Of a DNA stretch of 64,000 nucleotides, positions 36,458 to 47,653 are shown in pieces; the stretch's first letter is position 1, and each line of letters opens with the position of its first letter. The stretch spans positions 1-64,000 of the forward strand of contig CBDFKD010000002.1 of assembly GCA_965248695.1 (NCBI GenBank), in the 5' to 3' direction. Source of the DNA: Acidobacteriota bacterium (GTDB lineage Bacteria; Acidobacteriota; UBA890; WLXD01). The position numbers and the translations under genes are program-made. The notes below the pieces were generated by a model that saw only the letters and a program-made list of their open reading frames with translations, had not been told where the DNA came from and did not search any database.

Positions 36458-37786
36458 CTAGCGCGGCGCCGATGCCGACAGATCGTCCTTGTAGACGGCG
36501 CCCTGTTTCATCACGAACCCGACGCTCTCGAGCACGCGCACGTTGTCGAGCGGACTGTCCGCCACGGCGATGAGGTCCGCCGAGCGGCCGACGGCCAGCG
36601 CGCCGAACTCATCGTCGCGCTTCAGCAGGGTCGCAGCGTGGATCGTGGCTGCCTGGATCGCCTCCATCGGCGTCATGCCCCATTGCACCATGTAGGCAAA
36701 CTGGCGGCCGTTGGAGCCGTGTGGGTACACGCCGGCGTCCGTTCCGAAGACGATGCGCACTCCCTCACCATGGGCGCGCTGAAAGCTCTCGCGTTGGACA
36801 CGGCCGACCTGACGCTCCTTGTCGAGCGACTCGGGCAGGATCCCGGCCTCCTCTCCCGAGGTGAGGATGTAGTCGGACACGTAGATGTCCATCGACAACG
36901 CCGTACCGTGCTCGACCGCTAACTCGATCGCCTCATCATCGAGCATGCTGGCGTGCTCGATCGAGTCGGCACCCGCCTGGATGGCAAGCTTGATCCCCTC
37001 CGTTCCGTGCGCGTGGGCGGCGACCACGAAGCCGAACTTGTGGGCCTCGTCAACGATCGCCTGCATCTCCTCGAAGGTGTACTGCAGGCCTCCTACCGTC
37101 GTTCCCTTCGACAGAACGCCCCCGGTGGCGCAGAACTTGATGACGTCGACGCCATACTTGGCGTTCTCGCGAATGCGCTGGCGAATCGCCCACGGACCGT
37201 CCGCGACGCCTTCACCGACAAAGCCGAACTCGAGCGGCAACAAGTTCATGTCGCAGTGCCCGCCGGTGATGCCGAGTGCCGGACCCGAGACCAGCATGCG
37301 GGGCCCGACGATGTCGCCATCGTTGATCGCGTCGCGCAGCGCGACGTCGGTGAACCCGCCGGCACCGACATTGCGCACCGTGGTGAAACCGGCATCCAAC
37401 GTTCGCGCCGCCTGGCGTACACCGGTCAGCGCTGAGCGCACGAGCGAGACCGCCAGCGCCGCGTAGCCGTGTGTCTCGCCGTCGGCGGTCAGGTGGGTGT
37501 GGAGGTCGATCAGGCCAGGAAGAACCGTCGCGGCTGACAGATCGATGACCGCCGCGCCGGCCGGCACCGGCGTCGACCCGGCGGGTCCGATCGAGTCGAT
37601 GAGGCCATCGCGCACGATGATGCCCTGATCGGGCAATAGCTCGCCGCCCACGACGTCGATCACCGTGCCGGCGCGGATGTACTGGGTGTCCGGCGTCTGC
37701 GCTGGAACAGCAGTGGCAGCAGCAGTGGCAGCAGTAGCGGCGAGCAGCAACACGCCGGCGACAAATCCTGACGAACGAGACCTCAT
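36458..37786 (-). CDS. Secreted amidohydrolase (Xaa-Pro dipeptidase-like)
   Basis: PGLIDLHTH, IKFCATGG, AHAHG, SIEH, FGTDAG. Confidence 0.9.
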   Translation of the reverse strand: MRSRSSGFVAGVLLLAATAATAAATAVPAQTPDTQYIRAGTVIDVVGGELLPDQGIIVRDGLIDSIGPAGSTPVPAGAAVIDLSAATVLPGLIDLHTHLTADGETHGYAALAVSLVRSALTGVRQAARTLDAGFTTVRNVGAGGFTDVALRDAINDGDIVGPRMLVSGPALGITGGHCDMNLLPLEFGFVGEGVADGPWAIRQRIRENAKYGVDVIKFCATGGVLSKGTTVGGLQYTFEEMQAIVDEAHKFGFVVAAHAHGTEGIKLAIQAGADSIEHASMLDDEAIELAVEHGTALSMDIYVSDYILTSGEEAGILPESLDKERQVGRVQRESFQRAHGEGVRIVFGTDAGVYPHGSNGRQFAYMVQWGMTPMEAIQAATIHAATLLKRDDEFGALAVGRSADLIAVADSPLDNVRVLESVGFVMKQGAVYKDDLSASAPR

Positions 37787-37858
37787 GATCTTCTCCTGTG
37801 CGTACGACGGCCATCGCACCGAGCCATCACCAGCCCCGTAAGTGCGCGCCGCGTGTTG

Positions 37859-40570
37859 CTATTGATCCCCTACCCGCGGCCGATCGCGCCACTGCTCCCA
37901 CAGTCGTGTGTGCTTGCTCGACAGGTCAACCTCGTTGCCATCGATCCAGCCGCGCAGCACGTTGGTGCGAACCTCGAGCAAGTCGCCGTCCGCAAGCACG
38001 AGCGTGGCGCTCTTGCCTACTTCGATCGAGCCGAGTGAATCGCCGAGCCCGAGTATCTCTGCCGGCGACAGGGTCACGGCACGAAGCGCTTCCTCGGGTG
38101 AGAGCCCGTAGGCGGCCGCGTGGCCGGCCTGATAGGGCAGGTTGCGATCGTCGCTGCTGGGCCCGGCTGGGCCGTCGCCGATGGCAAAGTGGACGCCGGC
38201 GTCACGCAGCCGAGCTGCGTTCGCATACATGGCGTCGTACGGGTCGTCCTCGTTCCCCGGTATCTGAAACACCGCTGACACGATGACCGGCACGTTCGCG
38301 GCCGCGATCTCGTCGGCGGCGCGCCAGGTGTCGCCGGTGTCCAGGAGCACGATGCGCAGATCCTGCTCGGCTGCCCACGCCAGCGCCGCCTTGATGGCAT
38401 GGGCGCCGGCGGTATGAATGAACACCGGCATATGGCCGCGAATCACGGGAACGAGGCCCTCGAGCTTCACATCAACGTCGGCCGAACGCCCCGCTTGCGC
38501 TGCCGAGCGCGCCCGGTCGTAGGCGCGCGCGGCTTCCAGCGTGGCGTCGACGCGTTCCAGCGCCTCTTCACGCTGGAGCTCGAGGTCGTCTTCCGACGGT
38601 CGCGGCCCGAAGAAGAAGCCACCACCGCCGCCAGGCAGAATCAGGTGCATGCCGGCGCGCGACAGCGCGGTCATTTCCTCCCAGCTCCATCCGTCGAGGC
38701 GCAGTAGCGCGCTGGCGCCGGCTAGGATACCCCCGCGCGGGATCGTCAGCGTGTGCGTGACGCCGTTGGCGCGCGTCACCGCAATGTGCTCGCTCGCCGC
38801 GTTGACCGCTACTTCGGCCCGCAGATCGGAGTTGATATCGTCGATCTCCGCGCTGTCGACCGAACCTGCCGCGCCACCGCTGATCTCCACCAGACCGACC
38901 GTGCTGTCGGCCGAGATCATGCCCGGGAACAGACTCTTGCCAACGACGTCGACGCGCTCGGCGCCCGCCGGGATCGGCGTACCGGGGCCACCGACCGCGG
39001 TGATCACACCGTCGGCGAACACCACGACTCCGTTGTCGATCACGTCGCCGGCTACGGTATGGACTGTAGCTCCGACCAGCGCCGTCGCAGCGCGCTGGGT
39101 ATGCGGGCTCGAGGCGTACGCTCGCGGCAACGGATCGGCGAACCGGTGCGCCTCGCCGGATTCCCCTTCATCGTCCGGATCGGCCTCTGAATCCTCCCCA
39201 GCGTCTGCCTCGGAATCGCCTTCGATCAGCGCGACGATCCTTGCCTTCTCCGCCTCACGGGCCTGGAGCATGCGCCGATCGAGCGCCCGATCGAACACCT
39301 TACGACCGTCCACGAAGGTGGCCTCGGGCCGCGAATAAATCGACAGCGGATGGCCGTTCCAGAGCACGAAGTCGGCATCCTTGCCGACGCTGAGTGAGCC
39401 CATCTGCTCGAACAGCAGCAGCTGCTTGGCAGCGTTGGAAGTGACGAACGCGAGCGCGTTCTGTTCCTCCAGGCCGCCGTACTTGATGGCCTTGGCAGCC
39501 TCCAGGTTCAAGTGCCGGGCCAGCTCGCCGGAGTCCGAGTTGAACGACACCACGATGCCGTCGTCGTGCATGATGGCGCCGTTGTACGGAATGGCGTCGA
39601 AGGCCTCGATCTTGTAGCCCCACCAGTCGGAGAACGTCGACGCGCCGGCGCCGTGGGCGGCGATCTCGTGCGACGCCTTGTAGCCCTCGAGCACGTGCGT
39701 GAAGTCGCCGATCGTGAAGCCCATCTCCTCCGCCACACGGATCAACATGATGATCTCGTCCTGGCGGTAGGAGTGCGCCGTTACCTTGCGTGCCCCGTTC
39801 AGAATCTCGACCAGAGCGTCAAGGCGCAGATCCCTTCGCGGCGGCACGGCGTGCTCGGTCGCCTCCGGCGAGAGCGCGTCGTAGGCCTCCTGCTCGTTCT
39901 GATAGTCGCGCGCCGCCAGGAAGGCGCGACGGATGGAGTTCGCCACTCCCATGCGGGTCGCCGGATAGCGGCGCGGAGCACCGGGAATCGGCAGCGAGAA
40001 CGCCGATCGCTTGGGATTCTCGCCAAGAGCGAACTTGATCCGTGGCGTTGCTCCCTCGATCAGCAGCTGTTCTGCCTGCGGCACTCGATAGCGCCACTTC
40101 ACGATTGCCGACTGGCCTCCTATGGCGTTCGCCGAGCCGTGCAGGATCTGGGCGGCAGTGGTGCCACCAGCGAGCTGGCGGTAGATGTCCGGATCGTTCG
40201 GATCGAGCCGGTCGGTGATGCGCACCTCGGCGGTAATGTTCTCGCTCGCCTCGTTGGACCCGCCGGCCGTATGGCTGTGCGCGTCGATGATGCCGGGCGT
40301 GACGTGCATACCCGAACCGTCGATGATCGTCGCATCGTCAGGCGCATCGAGCCCGACCCCGACCGCGACGATCAGGCCGTCGCGAGCCAGTAGGTCCGCT
40401 CCCTCGAGGATGCCGGCGTCGTCCTGAGTCCAGATCGTCGAGTTACGCACCAGCCAGGTGCCGCCGGTGGCGCGCTCGAAGCTCAACTCCCAGCCCACAT
40501 CGTCCTGCTGTGCCATCGCCAGCGGAGCCACGAACAGCAGGGCAACCAGGGTTGTCAACAGTCGCCTCAT
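37859..40570 (-). CDS. Secreted two-domain amidohydrolase
   Basis: PGIIDAHSH, KFALGENPK, HSY, NSD in domain 1; domain 2 has PGMISAD without His ligands. Confidence 0.85.
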   Translation of the reverse strand: MRRLLTTLVALLFVAPLAMAQQDDVGWELSFERATGGTWLVRNSTIWTQDDAGILEGADLLARDGLIVAVGVGLDAPDDATIIDGSGMHVTPGIIDAHSHTAGGSNEASENITAEVRITDRLDPNDPDIYRQLAGGTTAAQILHGSANAIGGQSAIVKWRYRVPQAEQLLIEGATPRIKFALGENPKRSAFSLPIPGAPRRYPATRMGVANSIRRAFLAARDYQNEQEAYDALSPEATEHAVPPRRDLRLDALVEILNGARKVTAHSYRQDEIIMLIRVAEEMGFTIGDFTHVLEGYKASHEIAAHGAGASTFSDWWGYKIEAFDAIPYNGAIMHDDGIVVSFNSDSGELARHLNLEAAKAIKYGGLEEQNALAFVTSNAAKQLLLFEQMGSLSVGKDADFVLWNGHPLSIYSRPEATFVDGRKVFDRALDRRMLQAREAEKARIVALIEGDSEADAGEDSEADPDDEGESGEAHRFADPLPRAYASSPHTQRAATALVGATVHTVAGDVIDNGVVVFADGVITAVGGPGTPIPAGAERVDVVGKSLFPGMISADSTVGLVEISGGAAGSVDSAEIDDINSDLRAEVAVNAASEHIAVTRANGVTHTLTIPRGGILAGASALLRLDGWSWEEMTALSRAGMHLILPGGGGGFFFGPRPSEDDLELQREEALERVDATLEAARAYDRARSAAQAGRSADVDVKLEGLVPVIRGHMPVFIHTAGAHAIKAALAWAAEQDLRIVLLDTGDTWRAADEIAAANVPVIVSAVFQIPGNEDDPYDAMYANAARLRDAGVHFAIGDGPAGPSSDDRNLPYQAGHAAAYGLSPEEALRAVTLSPAEILGLGDSLGSIEVGKSATLVLADGDLLEVRTNVLRGWIDGNEVDLSSKHTRLWEQWRDRPRVGDQ

Positions 40571-42264
40571 CGTCCACCTCCCTGCGGGCCGGAGGTACGT
40601 TCGCCCCTGAAGTCGAGGGTAATGGACCGCCCTCCGGGGCCTTCCACCGACGCGGTTCCGGTGAGCTCGTCGCCTTCGATCACCACGGTCGCCTCGAGCG
40701 ACCCTCTCGGACCCGGTAGCACGAGAGTCAGCGCGTTCCCGGCCAGCTCGACGCTCTCGAAGTCGCGCTCGCCCTGCTGACCGATCGACCGACCGCTGTA
40801 GTCACCCTCATCGCCCTCGATGATCCAAGTAGAGCTGCGCTCGTTGCCCATGACCGTCGTCGTGACCGCCCACTCGCCGCGCGGATCAACTACCGCATCC
40901 GGGTTGCCGACTTCCTCCGTCTCCTCCATCTCGTGGTGAACCCCGTCCACGAACACGTGGCGGATCTCGGTCTCCTCACCGAACGGCTCGCCGGTGGCCA
41001 CCACCAGATTGGCGATCTTGCCGGCCTCCAGCGTGCCCATGCTGGCCGAAACTCCCAGCATCTCTGCCGGAATCGTCGTTACAGCAGCGAGCGCGGTGTC
41101 GCCGGATAACCCGGCATCGATTGCCTTACGGACGTTCTCGGCGAACTTGCCGGCGTTGCCCATACCGTAGGGCGTTAGCGCGAAGGCGATGCCAGCTGCC
41201 TCGAGGGCACCGGGGTTGGACGGCGCCCGCTCCCACTCCTGCAGGCTTGTCAGGCTGATCGCCGGCAGCCGCTCTGGCTTCGACACGTCGGGGTCGGTGG
41301 GAAAATCGACCGGCACGATCAGCCTCGTACCGGCTTGCCTCAGAAGATCGATGATTTGCTGCTCGTCGCCGCCGCCGAGAATGATCGGGTCGCCGTCGAG
41401 CTCGGTGGCCAGCGCCAGCGTACGCTCGATGGCGCGGTTCCCGGCGGCGTACACGATCATCGTGCCGCCGTCGATCATCATCGGCGCCAGAGCCTCCATG
41501 GCGTCGTTGTAGGCGGGGCGCGCCATGCCGCTCGGGTCGGCCTCATATCGACGTCGCCATTCGACGTATCGCGCGGTGTCGTAGTACACCTGTCGAATCG
41601 TCGCCACAGCACCCAGCAGGTCGGCCGGGTAGCCGCCGAAGAAGGATCCGGTGTCGTACCCCAGGTGTTGGGCCACTGTCGCCTTCACCACAAGCTCGCG
41701 CGGATGCCCGTCGCGCAACGCCACCAACGCGCTCCAACCGCGAAAGATACCGCTGCGTGGCACCGCGAGCGCGGCCGTGAACCCTTGTTCCCGGCGTTGC
41801 CCGATCTCGGCGCTGCCCTCCTCCAGCTCGCTCGTGACACGGTACTGAGGATGAACGAGCTCGATCGGATGACTGGTTCCGGGCTCCGCCTCCTCGGGCT
41901 GGAACAGGGCCGCGATGTTGAAGCCGCCGCCGCCACCGCCGCCCTGCTGCGACTGCATGCCGAGGTGCGAGTACGCGTCGATCCAGCCGGCGTAGACGGT
42001 CATGCCGTCGCCATCGATCACCTCGGCATCAGCCGGTACGACCGCATCGGTGCCAACCGCCTCGATGAGCCCGTCGCGCAGCACGATCGTGCCGCCTTCG
42101 ATGACCTCGCCGGGGGCGGTGATCAAGGTGGCACCGGTAATCGCGTACACCCGAGGCCGCTCGGCCGCGGCCGGCTGTGCCAGGACAAGCAAAGCTGCCG
42201 TTGCCAGCGCAGCGGCCACCTTGGACCGCCGACCGACGCGGCGGGTCATCGAGAACGAACGCAT
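40567..42264 (-). CDS. Amidohydrolase-family protein
   Basis: GWIDAYSHLG, TTIPAEMLG..GTLEAGKIANLV. Confidence 0.82.
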   Translation of the reverse strand: MRSFSMTRRVGRRSKVAAALATAALLVLAQPAAAERPRVYAITGATLITAPGEVIEGGTIVLRDGLIEAVGTDAVVPADAEVIDGDGMTVYAGWIDAYSHLGMQSQQGGGGGGGFNIAALFQPEEAEPGTSHPIELVHPQYRVTSELEEGSAEIGQRREQGFTAALAVPRSGIFRGWSALVALRDGHPRELVVKATVAQHLGYDTGSFFGGYPADLLGAVATIRQVYYDTARYVEWRRRYEADPSGMARPAYNDAMEALAPMMIDGGTMIVYAAGNRAIERTLALATELDGDPIILGGGDEQQIIDLLRQAGTRLIVPVDFPTDPDVSKPERLPAISLTSLQEWERAPSNPGALEAAGIAFALTPYGMGNAGKFAENVRKAIDAGLSGDTALAAVTTIPAEMLGVSASMGTLEAGKIANLVVATGEPFGEETEIRHVFVDGVHHEMEETEEVGNPDAVVDPRGEWAVTTTVMGNERSSTWIIEGDEGDYSGRSIGQQGERDFESVELAGNALTLVLPGPRGSLEATVVIEGDELTGTASVEGPGGRSITLDFRGERTSGPQGGGR

Positions 42265-42374
42265 TTGTTTCTCCTTACCGGATATGCCGGCAATCAAGAT
42301 TCTTCACGGCTCGAGGTCTAATCGCCGCGATTCTACTGACTCGAATCTCCGTCCCTGTCGATCTTCATCACGAG

Positions 42375-44102
42375 CTAACGGGCGCTCGCGGCCTCTTGCT
42401 CGTAGATCACGCGCCCGTCGAACACGGTCATCTGCACGACCGCTTGGTGGATCGTCAACGGCGCTACCTCGAAGAGATTCCGGTCCAGCACCACGAGGTC
42501 GGCCAGCTTCCCTACCTCGATGGAGCCACGTTGACGCTCGTCGAACGACAGCTCCGCACCGGCGATGGTGTAGGCGGCGAGCGCCTCCCCGAGCAAGATG
42601 CGCTCCTCCGGCTCCCAGGCGGTGTCGGTCTCTCCATAGGGGTCGACGCCGCCCAGGTGGCGACGTGTGACAGCGGTTTCCAGCCCGTCAACAGGAACGA
42701 TCGAGGTGACCGGCCAGTCGGTTCCGAAGACGAGCCGAGCACCGGCTGCGAGGATCGACCGGTGCACCAGCAGCTGCAGTGAGCGCTCCGGCCCCAGGCG
42801 CCGGGGCGCGAAGAACGTCTCCCAGTCGTCTCCTCGCGCCCACAATGGCGACATGTTCGCGGCCACACCCAGCGTGCGCAGTCGCGGGATATCGGCTGTG
42901 TTCGGAAAGTGTACGTGGGCCAGAAGGTGGCGCGAGTCGCGCCGGCCGTTGGCGCGTTGCGCCGCCTCGAACGCGTCGAGGATCTCGCGGATGGCGCGAT
43001 CGCCCATGACGTGCACCTGGATCTGGAATCCCTCGGCGTCGAGACGCGTCACCAAACGCTGCAGCCGCTGCGGCTCGACGGTCAGGTGGCCGAGAAAGTC
43101 GGGCCGGTCGGCGTAAGGCTCCAACAACGCCCCGGTGTATTGCTCGATCAGCCCGTCGAGGGCGATCTTGACGCAGGGTGCTCGCACAACCGTGTCTTGA
43201 AGCTGCGCACGACGCCTCAGGAAGCCTCGCACCTGCTCGTCGTCGTCGCCGGCTGGCGAGTAGCGCTGGCAGAGCACGGTGCGCGCGTTCAGCTCGCCGG
43301 CCTCCGCCAGCGCACGATAGTCTGCCTCGCTCTCCGGGCTCGTGCCGGCGTCGATGATCGCCGTGATGCCGTAACGAGCCAGCTCGCCAAAGCCGCGGCG
43401 GTAGCCATCGAGGCGCTGACGCCGCGATGGTTCCGGGATGTGCCGCCTGACCAGCTCCATGGCGCGCTCGTGGAGAACCCCTGTCGGAACTCCCGCCGCA
43501 TCACGCTCGATAACGCCGTTCGGTGGATCGGGGGTGGTGGCGTCGATGCCGGCGATCTCGAGCGCGCGGCTGTTTGCCCAGCCGTCGTGGTGCGACGAGT
43601 TGACCAGAAACGCCGGCCGATCGGTAACCAGCTCGTCGAGCATGTGACGATCCGGCAGCCCCGAGGGCTTGAAGGCCCCTTCCTCCCAGCCGCTACCCTC
43701 TATCCACGGCCGATCAGGGTATGCGGCAGCGTACTCCTCGATGATGCGAAAGACCCCGGCGCGATCGAAGACCCCGCCGACGTCGACAAGATCCATGCCG
43801 AGGCCGCCGCCGCCCGGATGTATATGGGAATCCTGGAAACCCGGCAACAGCATGCGTCCGCGAAGATCGACCACGCGCGTGGTGCGGCCGACGAAAGCCT
43901 CGACGCCGCGGTTGTCACCAACGTAAACGATGCGGTTTCCCGTCACCGCAACCGCAGATGCCCAGCTGCGCGCCGCATCCACTGTGTAGACGGCGCCTCC
44001 GCGAAACACGAGGTCGGCGGCGTCCTGGGCCCCAACGAGGCCCGGGGAAATGCTCGCCGCCAAGGCGACCAGCGCGATGGCGATAGCTCTCATTGTGACC
44101 AT
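42375..44102 (-). CDS. Amidohydrolase 3 (YtcJ-like)
   Basis: PGFQDSHIH, HVMGDRA, GTDWPV, GSIEVGKLADLV. Confidence 0.9.
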   Translation of the reverse strand: MVTMRAIAIALVALAASISPGLVGAQDAADLVFRGGAVYTVDAARSWASAVAVTGNRIVYVGDNRGVEAFVGRTTRVVDLRGRMLLPGFQDSHIHPGGGGLGMDLVDVGGVFDRAGVFRIIEEYAAAYPDRPWIEGSGWEEGAFKPSGLPDRHMLDELVTDRPAFLVNSSHHDGWANSRALEIAGIDATTPDPPNGVIERDAAGVPTGVLHERAMELVRRHIPEPSRRQRLDGYRRGFGELARYGITAIIDAGTSPESEADYRALAEAGELNARTVLCQRYSPAGDDDEQVRGFLRRRAQLQDTVVRAPCVKIALDGLIEQYTGALLEPYADRPDFLGHLTVEPQRLQRLVTRLDAEGFQIQVHVMGDRAIREILDAFEAAQRANGRRDSRHLLAHVHFPNTADIPRLRTLGVAANMSPLWARGDDWETFFAPRRLGPERSLQLLVHRSILAAGARLVFGTDWPVTSIVPVDGLETAVTRRHLGGVDPYGETDTAWEPEERILLGEALAAYTIAGAELSFDERQRGSIEVGKLADLVVLDRNLFEVAPLTIHQAVVQMTVFDGRVIYEQEAASAR

Positions 44103-44431
44103 CTCGATCTCTCTCCGGTGAACATGGCGTCGACTACGATAGCGTAGCGCCGATCTGCCTGCGGTCGAGGATGAACGAGAGCTGCTTACAGACCTCGGCA
44201 GCTATCCATCAGGAGACGCTCATGTCCAAGTCCTACGCCGAGACGACTCCTGCGAGCGCGATGCGGCGATCAGGCAATAGCGAAGCAGAATCCAGGATTG
44301 AGGACTCGGGTCCGTATCGGCTCCTCCGCGCCGGTAGGATAATCGAGCGTCAAAAGAGACTACCGTCCTATTAGCTGCTAGGCGCAACGCGTTTATTCCC
44401 GACTCCGTACAGTCGGAGGGATCTAGATCAG

Positions 44432-46372
44432 ATGCGACAGAAGATCTCGTGGAAGCAGCTGTTGCCAGGTTGGCTCGTTGTCATCGGGGCATCGAGCGGC
44501 GTTTTCGGGTCCGCGCATGCCTACTCCCAGCAGCAGACGGAGCGGGTCGACGATGTGATCGTCGCACTCGATGTCATGGTGCCGATGCGGGACGGCATCC
44601 GGTTGGCCACCGACATCTATCGGCCGGCTCGTGGAGGCAAGGCGGCCGATGGACGGTTCCCGACCTTGCTCTGCCGCACGCCATACGGGACGTCGTTCCG
44701 GACCCCGGCCGCAACCGGCTTTGGCTGTTCCGAGGAACCTGCGCGTTCCATGGCGCGACACGGATATGTGGTGTTGACTCAGGATGTCCGCGGTCGATTC
44801 GACTCGGAGGGTGAGTTCTATGCCTACGTCAACGAGGGGCCCGACGGGTACGACACCGTGGAATGGGCAGCCGCGCAGCCTTTCTCGAACGGTGACGTCG
44901 GCACCTTCGGATCGTCGTACTACGCCGGCACACAGAACGCGCTGGCCGCGGAGCGTCCACCGAACCTCAAAGCAATGTTCCAGCGTGTCGGTAGCTCCCA
45001 CTACTGGCTAGACGGTGCCGGTAGTGGTGGCGCTTTCGCGCTCAGGCACAACCTCGGCTATGCACTCTACCTGGCTAGCACCGGCCAGGAAGCCGATCGC
45101 CAACCGGCTCTGAAGACAGCCCTGGAGGCCGCTCTACAGCGTGACAACCTCGCGGCTTGGCTCCAGGCCTACCCGTACCGGCCGCATGGGTCGCCGCTGG
45201 AGTTGGTGCCGAGTTATCAGCGCTGGTTCCAGGATTGGGTCGATCACTCCGCCCTCGACGACTACTGGACCCAGAGCGGCTATGCCTTCGAGCCTTACTA
45301 CGACGACTTCCCGGACATCCCTGTCTACTTCGTTGGCGGTTGGTACGACATCTTCCTGCGCGGCACGTTGCAGGGCTACTCGATGCTCTCGGCGATCCAA
45401 TCGAGCGAGAAGCGCCTGCTGGTCGGTCCATGGACCCATGGTGTCGGGCCGCGAACCAGCGGTGAGGTCGACTTCGGAGTCGACGCCGCAATCGATCTGG
45501 AGGCGGAGCAGCTACGCTGGTTCGACCACGTGTTGCGTGGCAAGGACACCGGCTTCACCGACGAACCGCCCGTCCGTGTGTTCGTCATGGGGGGCGGAGA
45601 TGGCTCTCGTACCACGGAAGGCCGCCATCGACACGATGGCGGCTGGCGGTCGCTCGGGGGTTGGCCGCCCGCGGCTGCCGAGTCTCGAGCCTACTACCTG
45701 CAACCGAACGGCCGGCTCGAGCTGCAAGCATCGCGTTCCATCGCGGAGCCATCTGTCTTCACCTTCGATCCCACGGATCCGGTGCCGACGATCGGTGGGA
45801 AGATCAGCTCCGGCAACAACGTGAGCCCGCCCGGCCCCTACGACCAGCGGTGCGATACAACGAAGTTCTTCCCCTGCAAGGACAATCTACCGCTGGCAGC
45901 GCGCCGCGACGTGCTCGTCTTTCAGACGGCACCTTTGCATGAGGATGTCGTCGTCGTCGGTCCGGTTACGGTGACCCTTTGGATAGCCTCGTCAGCGGTG
46001 GACACCGACTTCACCGCCAAGCTTGTCGATGTGCATCCCCCGGGTCCTCACGCACCCGCCGGCTATTCGATGCTGCTGGCGGACAGCATCGTACGGGCAC
46101 GCTACCGAGACAGCCTGGCGACAGCAAAGCCCCTGGACCCTGGTGAGATGTACGAGATCGAGATCGATCTTCTCGGCGTCGCCGCCCGGTTCAAGAAGGG
46201 GCACCGGATTCGACTCGACGTGTCGAGCAGCAACTACCCCTTCTTCGATGTCAACCCGAACACCGGCGAGCGCCCTGGTCATCACACGCACATGGCACCG
46301 GCGCGCAACAGCGTCTATCACGATCGGACGCGCCCTTCGAAGCTTCAGCTGTCCATCCTGCCAGAGCCGTGA
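44432..46372 (+). CDS. CocE/NonD family serine hydrolase
   Basis: MRDGIRLATD, QDVRGRFDSEG, GSSYYA nucleophile elbow, GWYD, GPWTH. Confidence 0.92.
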   Translation: MRQKISWKQLLPGWLVVIGASSGVFGSAHAYSQQQTERVDDVIVALDVMVPMRDGIRLATDIYRPARGGKAADGRFPTLLCRTPYGTSFRTPAATGFGCSEEPARSMARHGYVVLTQDVRGRFDSEGEFYAYVNEGPDGYDTVEWAAAQPFSNGDVGTFGSSYYAGTQNALAAERPPNLKAMFQRVGSSHYWLDGAGSGGAFALRHNLGYALYLASTGQEADRQPALKTALEAALQRDNLAAWLQAYPYRPHGSPLELVPSYQRWFQDWVDHSALDDYWTQSGYAFEPYYDDFPDIPVYFVGGWYDIFLRGTLQGYSMLSAIQSSEKRLLVGPWTHGVGPRTSGEVDFGVDAAIDLEAEQLRWFDHVLRGKDTGFTDEPPVRVFVMGGGDGSRTTEGRHRHDGGWRSLGGWPPAAAESRAYYLQPNGRLELQASRSIAEPSVFTFDPTDPVPTIGGKISSGNNVSPPGPYDQRCDTTKFFPCKDNLPLAARRDVLVFQTAPLHEDVVVVGPVTVTLWIASSAVDTDFTAKLVDVHPPGPHAPAGYSMLLADSIVRARYRDSLATAKPLDPGEMYEIEIDLLGVAARFKKGHRIRLDVSSSNYPFFDVNPNTGERPGHHTHMAPARNSVYHDRTRPSKLQLSILPEP

Positions 46373-46406
46373 ACCATGACGGTGGGGCGCTGACGCACGC
46401 GAGAGA

Positions 46407-47483
46407 CTATCTCCGCACTTCCAGCGTCTCCTGATACCGGGCCCCGCTCAGCACGTTGGAGAGCGAGTAGTTGCCCTCGTGACAAGCGAACTCGTACAGC
46501 GGTTGATCGAACCGTTCGAAGGGAACCTGTCCGCCCCAGACACTCGTGTACATCGTCGGGTCATCGATCGTGAACTCGTAGACGACGGTATCCTCGTCGA
46601 CGCGGGTAAAGCGCTCGATCACCTTCTGATCGTTCGATGGTGGAACTCCGCGGAACATGTGAACGGGATTGAGGTTGGTGGTCTCGACCACCAGCGTGTC
46701 GTCCTCCCACCGACCCCACGAGTCGCCGAACCACGGACGGACGTCCTGCGGCAGCCCCGTCGGCTCGCCGAGCCGAATGATCCGCGCGTCGTGCACCATC
46801 TCTGCCATGATCACCACGTGATCGGCATTTTGTACGATGGTGTAGTTGTTGTTGTACCAGTAGTTGGGCAGCATCGGCGGTCCGGCGCTTGATTGGAACG
46901 ATACAAGGCATCGTTCGCCATCTGGGCGGAGCTCCGGATGGTCATACGGACCGAACTGGCTCCTGAGCTCCTGATACTCGTCGACCCGGCGACGCCCCTC
47001 GTGCGTCAGCTCCGGCGCACGTCCGTCCGGCGGATTTGTGACCAGCGAGCTCCGTGGCTCACCGTTGACGATCGCTACCCGCTCACCGGGCTCTCGGTAG
47101 ACTTCGTTGTAGCAATCTGTCGCCGAATGGATGCACTCTGGAATCGTGCCCCCGGCCGGAAGCGGCGCGCGGTTCGGATCGCTCGGAGCGGCGCCTCGGG
47201 CGACCATTTCGAACTGCCTGGCTTCGATCTCGGCAACCTCCTCCGACGTGAGAACAGCTCCCTGGCCTGCGGGACGCTGGAAGGGGGTCAGCGTCGCATT
47301 GGTCCAGTTCCCCTGGAGGTCCGGATGACCGTGCGACGTTCTGGGCACCTCCCACGGTGCAGCCTCGGAGACTTCGGCCTGCTGGGCAGCGGCGTAGGAT
47401 GACACGGCCGCCGCCGATACAAGCGCCGCCACGACGATCGGATGGTGCCTTGCAGAGAAAGGTACCGAGAGCTTGCCGTTCAT
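46407..47483 (-). CDS. Conserved secreted hypothetical protein
   Basis: PRTSHGHPDLQGNW, GDSWGRWEDDTLVVET, YEFACHEGN. Confidence 0.8.
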   Translation of the reverse strand: MNGKLSVPFSARHHPIVVAALVSAAAVSSYAAAQQAEVSEAAPWEVPRTSHGHPDLQGNWTNATLTPFQRPAGQGAVLTSEEVAEIEARQFEMVARGAAPSDPNRAPLPAGGTIPECIHSATDCYNEVYREPGERVAIVNGEPRSSLVTNPPDGRAPELTHEGRRRVDEYQELRSQFGPYDHPELRPDGERCLVSFQSSAGPPMLPNYWYNNNYTIVQNADHVVIMAEMVHDARIIRLGEPTGLPQDVRPWFGDSWGRWEDDTLVVETTNLNPVHMFRGVPPSNDQKVIERFTRVDEDTVVYEFTIDDPTMYTSVWGGQVPFERFDQPLYEFACHEGNYSLSNVLSGARYQETLEVRR

Positions 47484-47653
47484 CTTTGCCTTCCTTTGCC
47501 TGTGTGCACGTACGATCATCGACCCGCAGCAGCCTCCCTCAGGCGATTCGTCTCCCAGTTCGTCACGAGATGACTGACCCAGTTTACAGACACGACGATT
47601 GAGTCACGCGTCGCGTCGCCTCTGTTGTTGAGCTACGGCCTGCTAGAGTCAGG

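Noticed and set aside
44150-44430. Small ORF 44171..44374 or a riboswitch in the divergent intergenic region
   Set aside because: No recognisable protein motif or aptamer consensus
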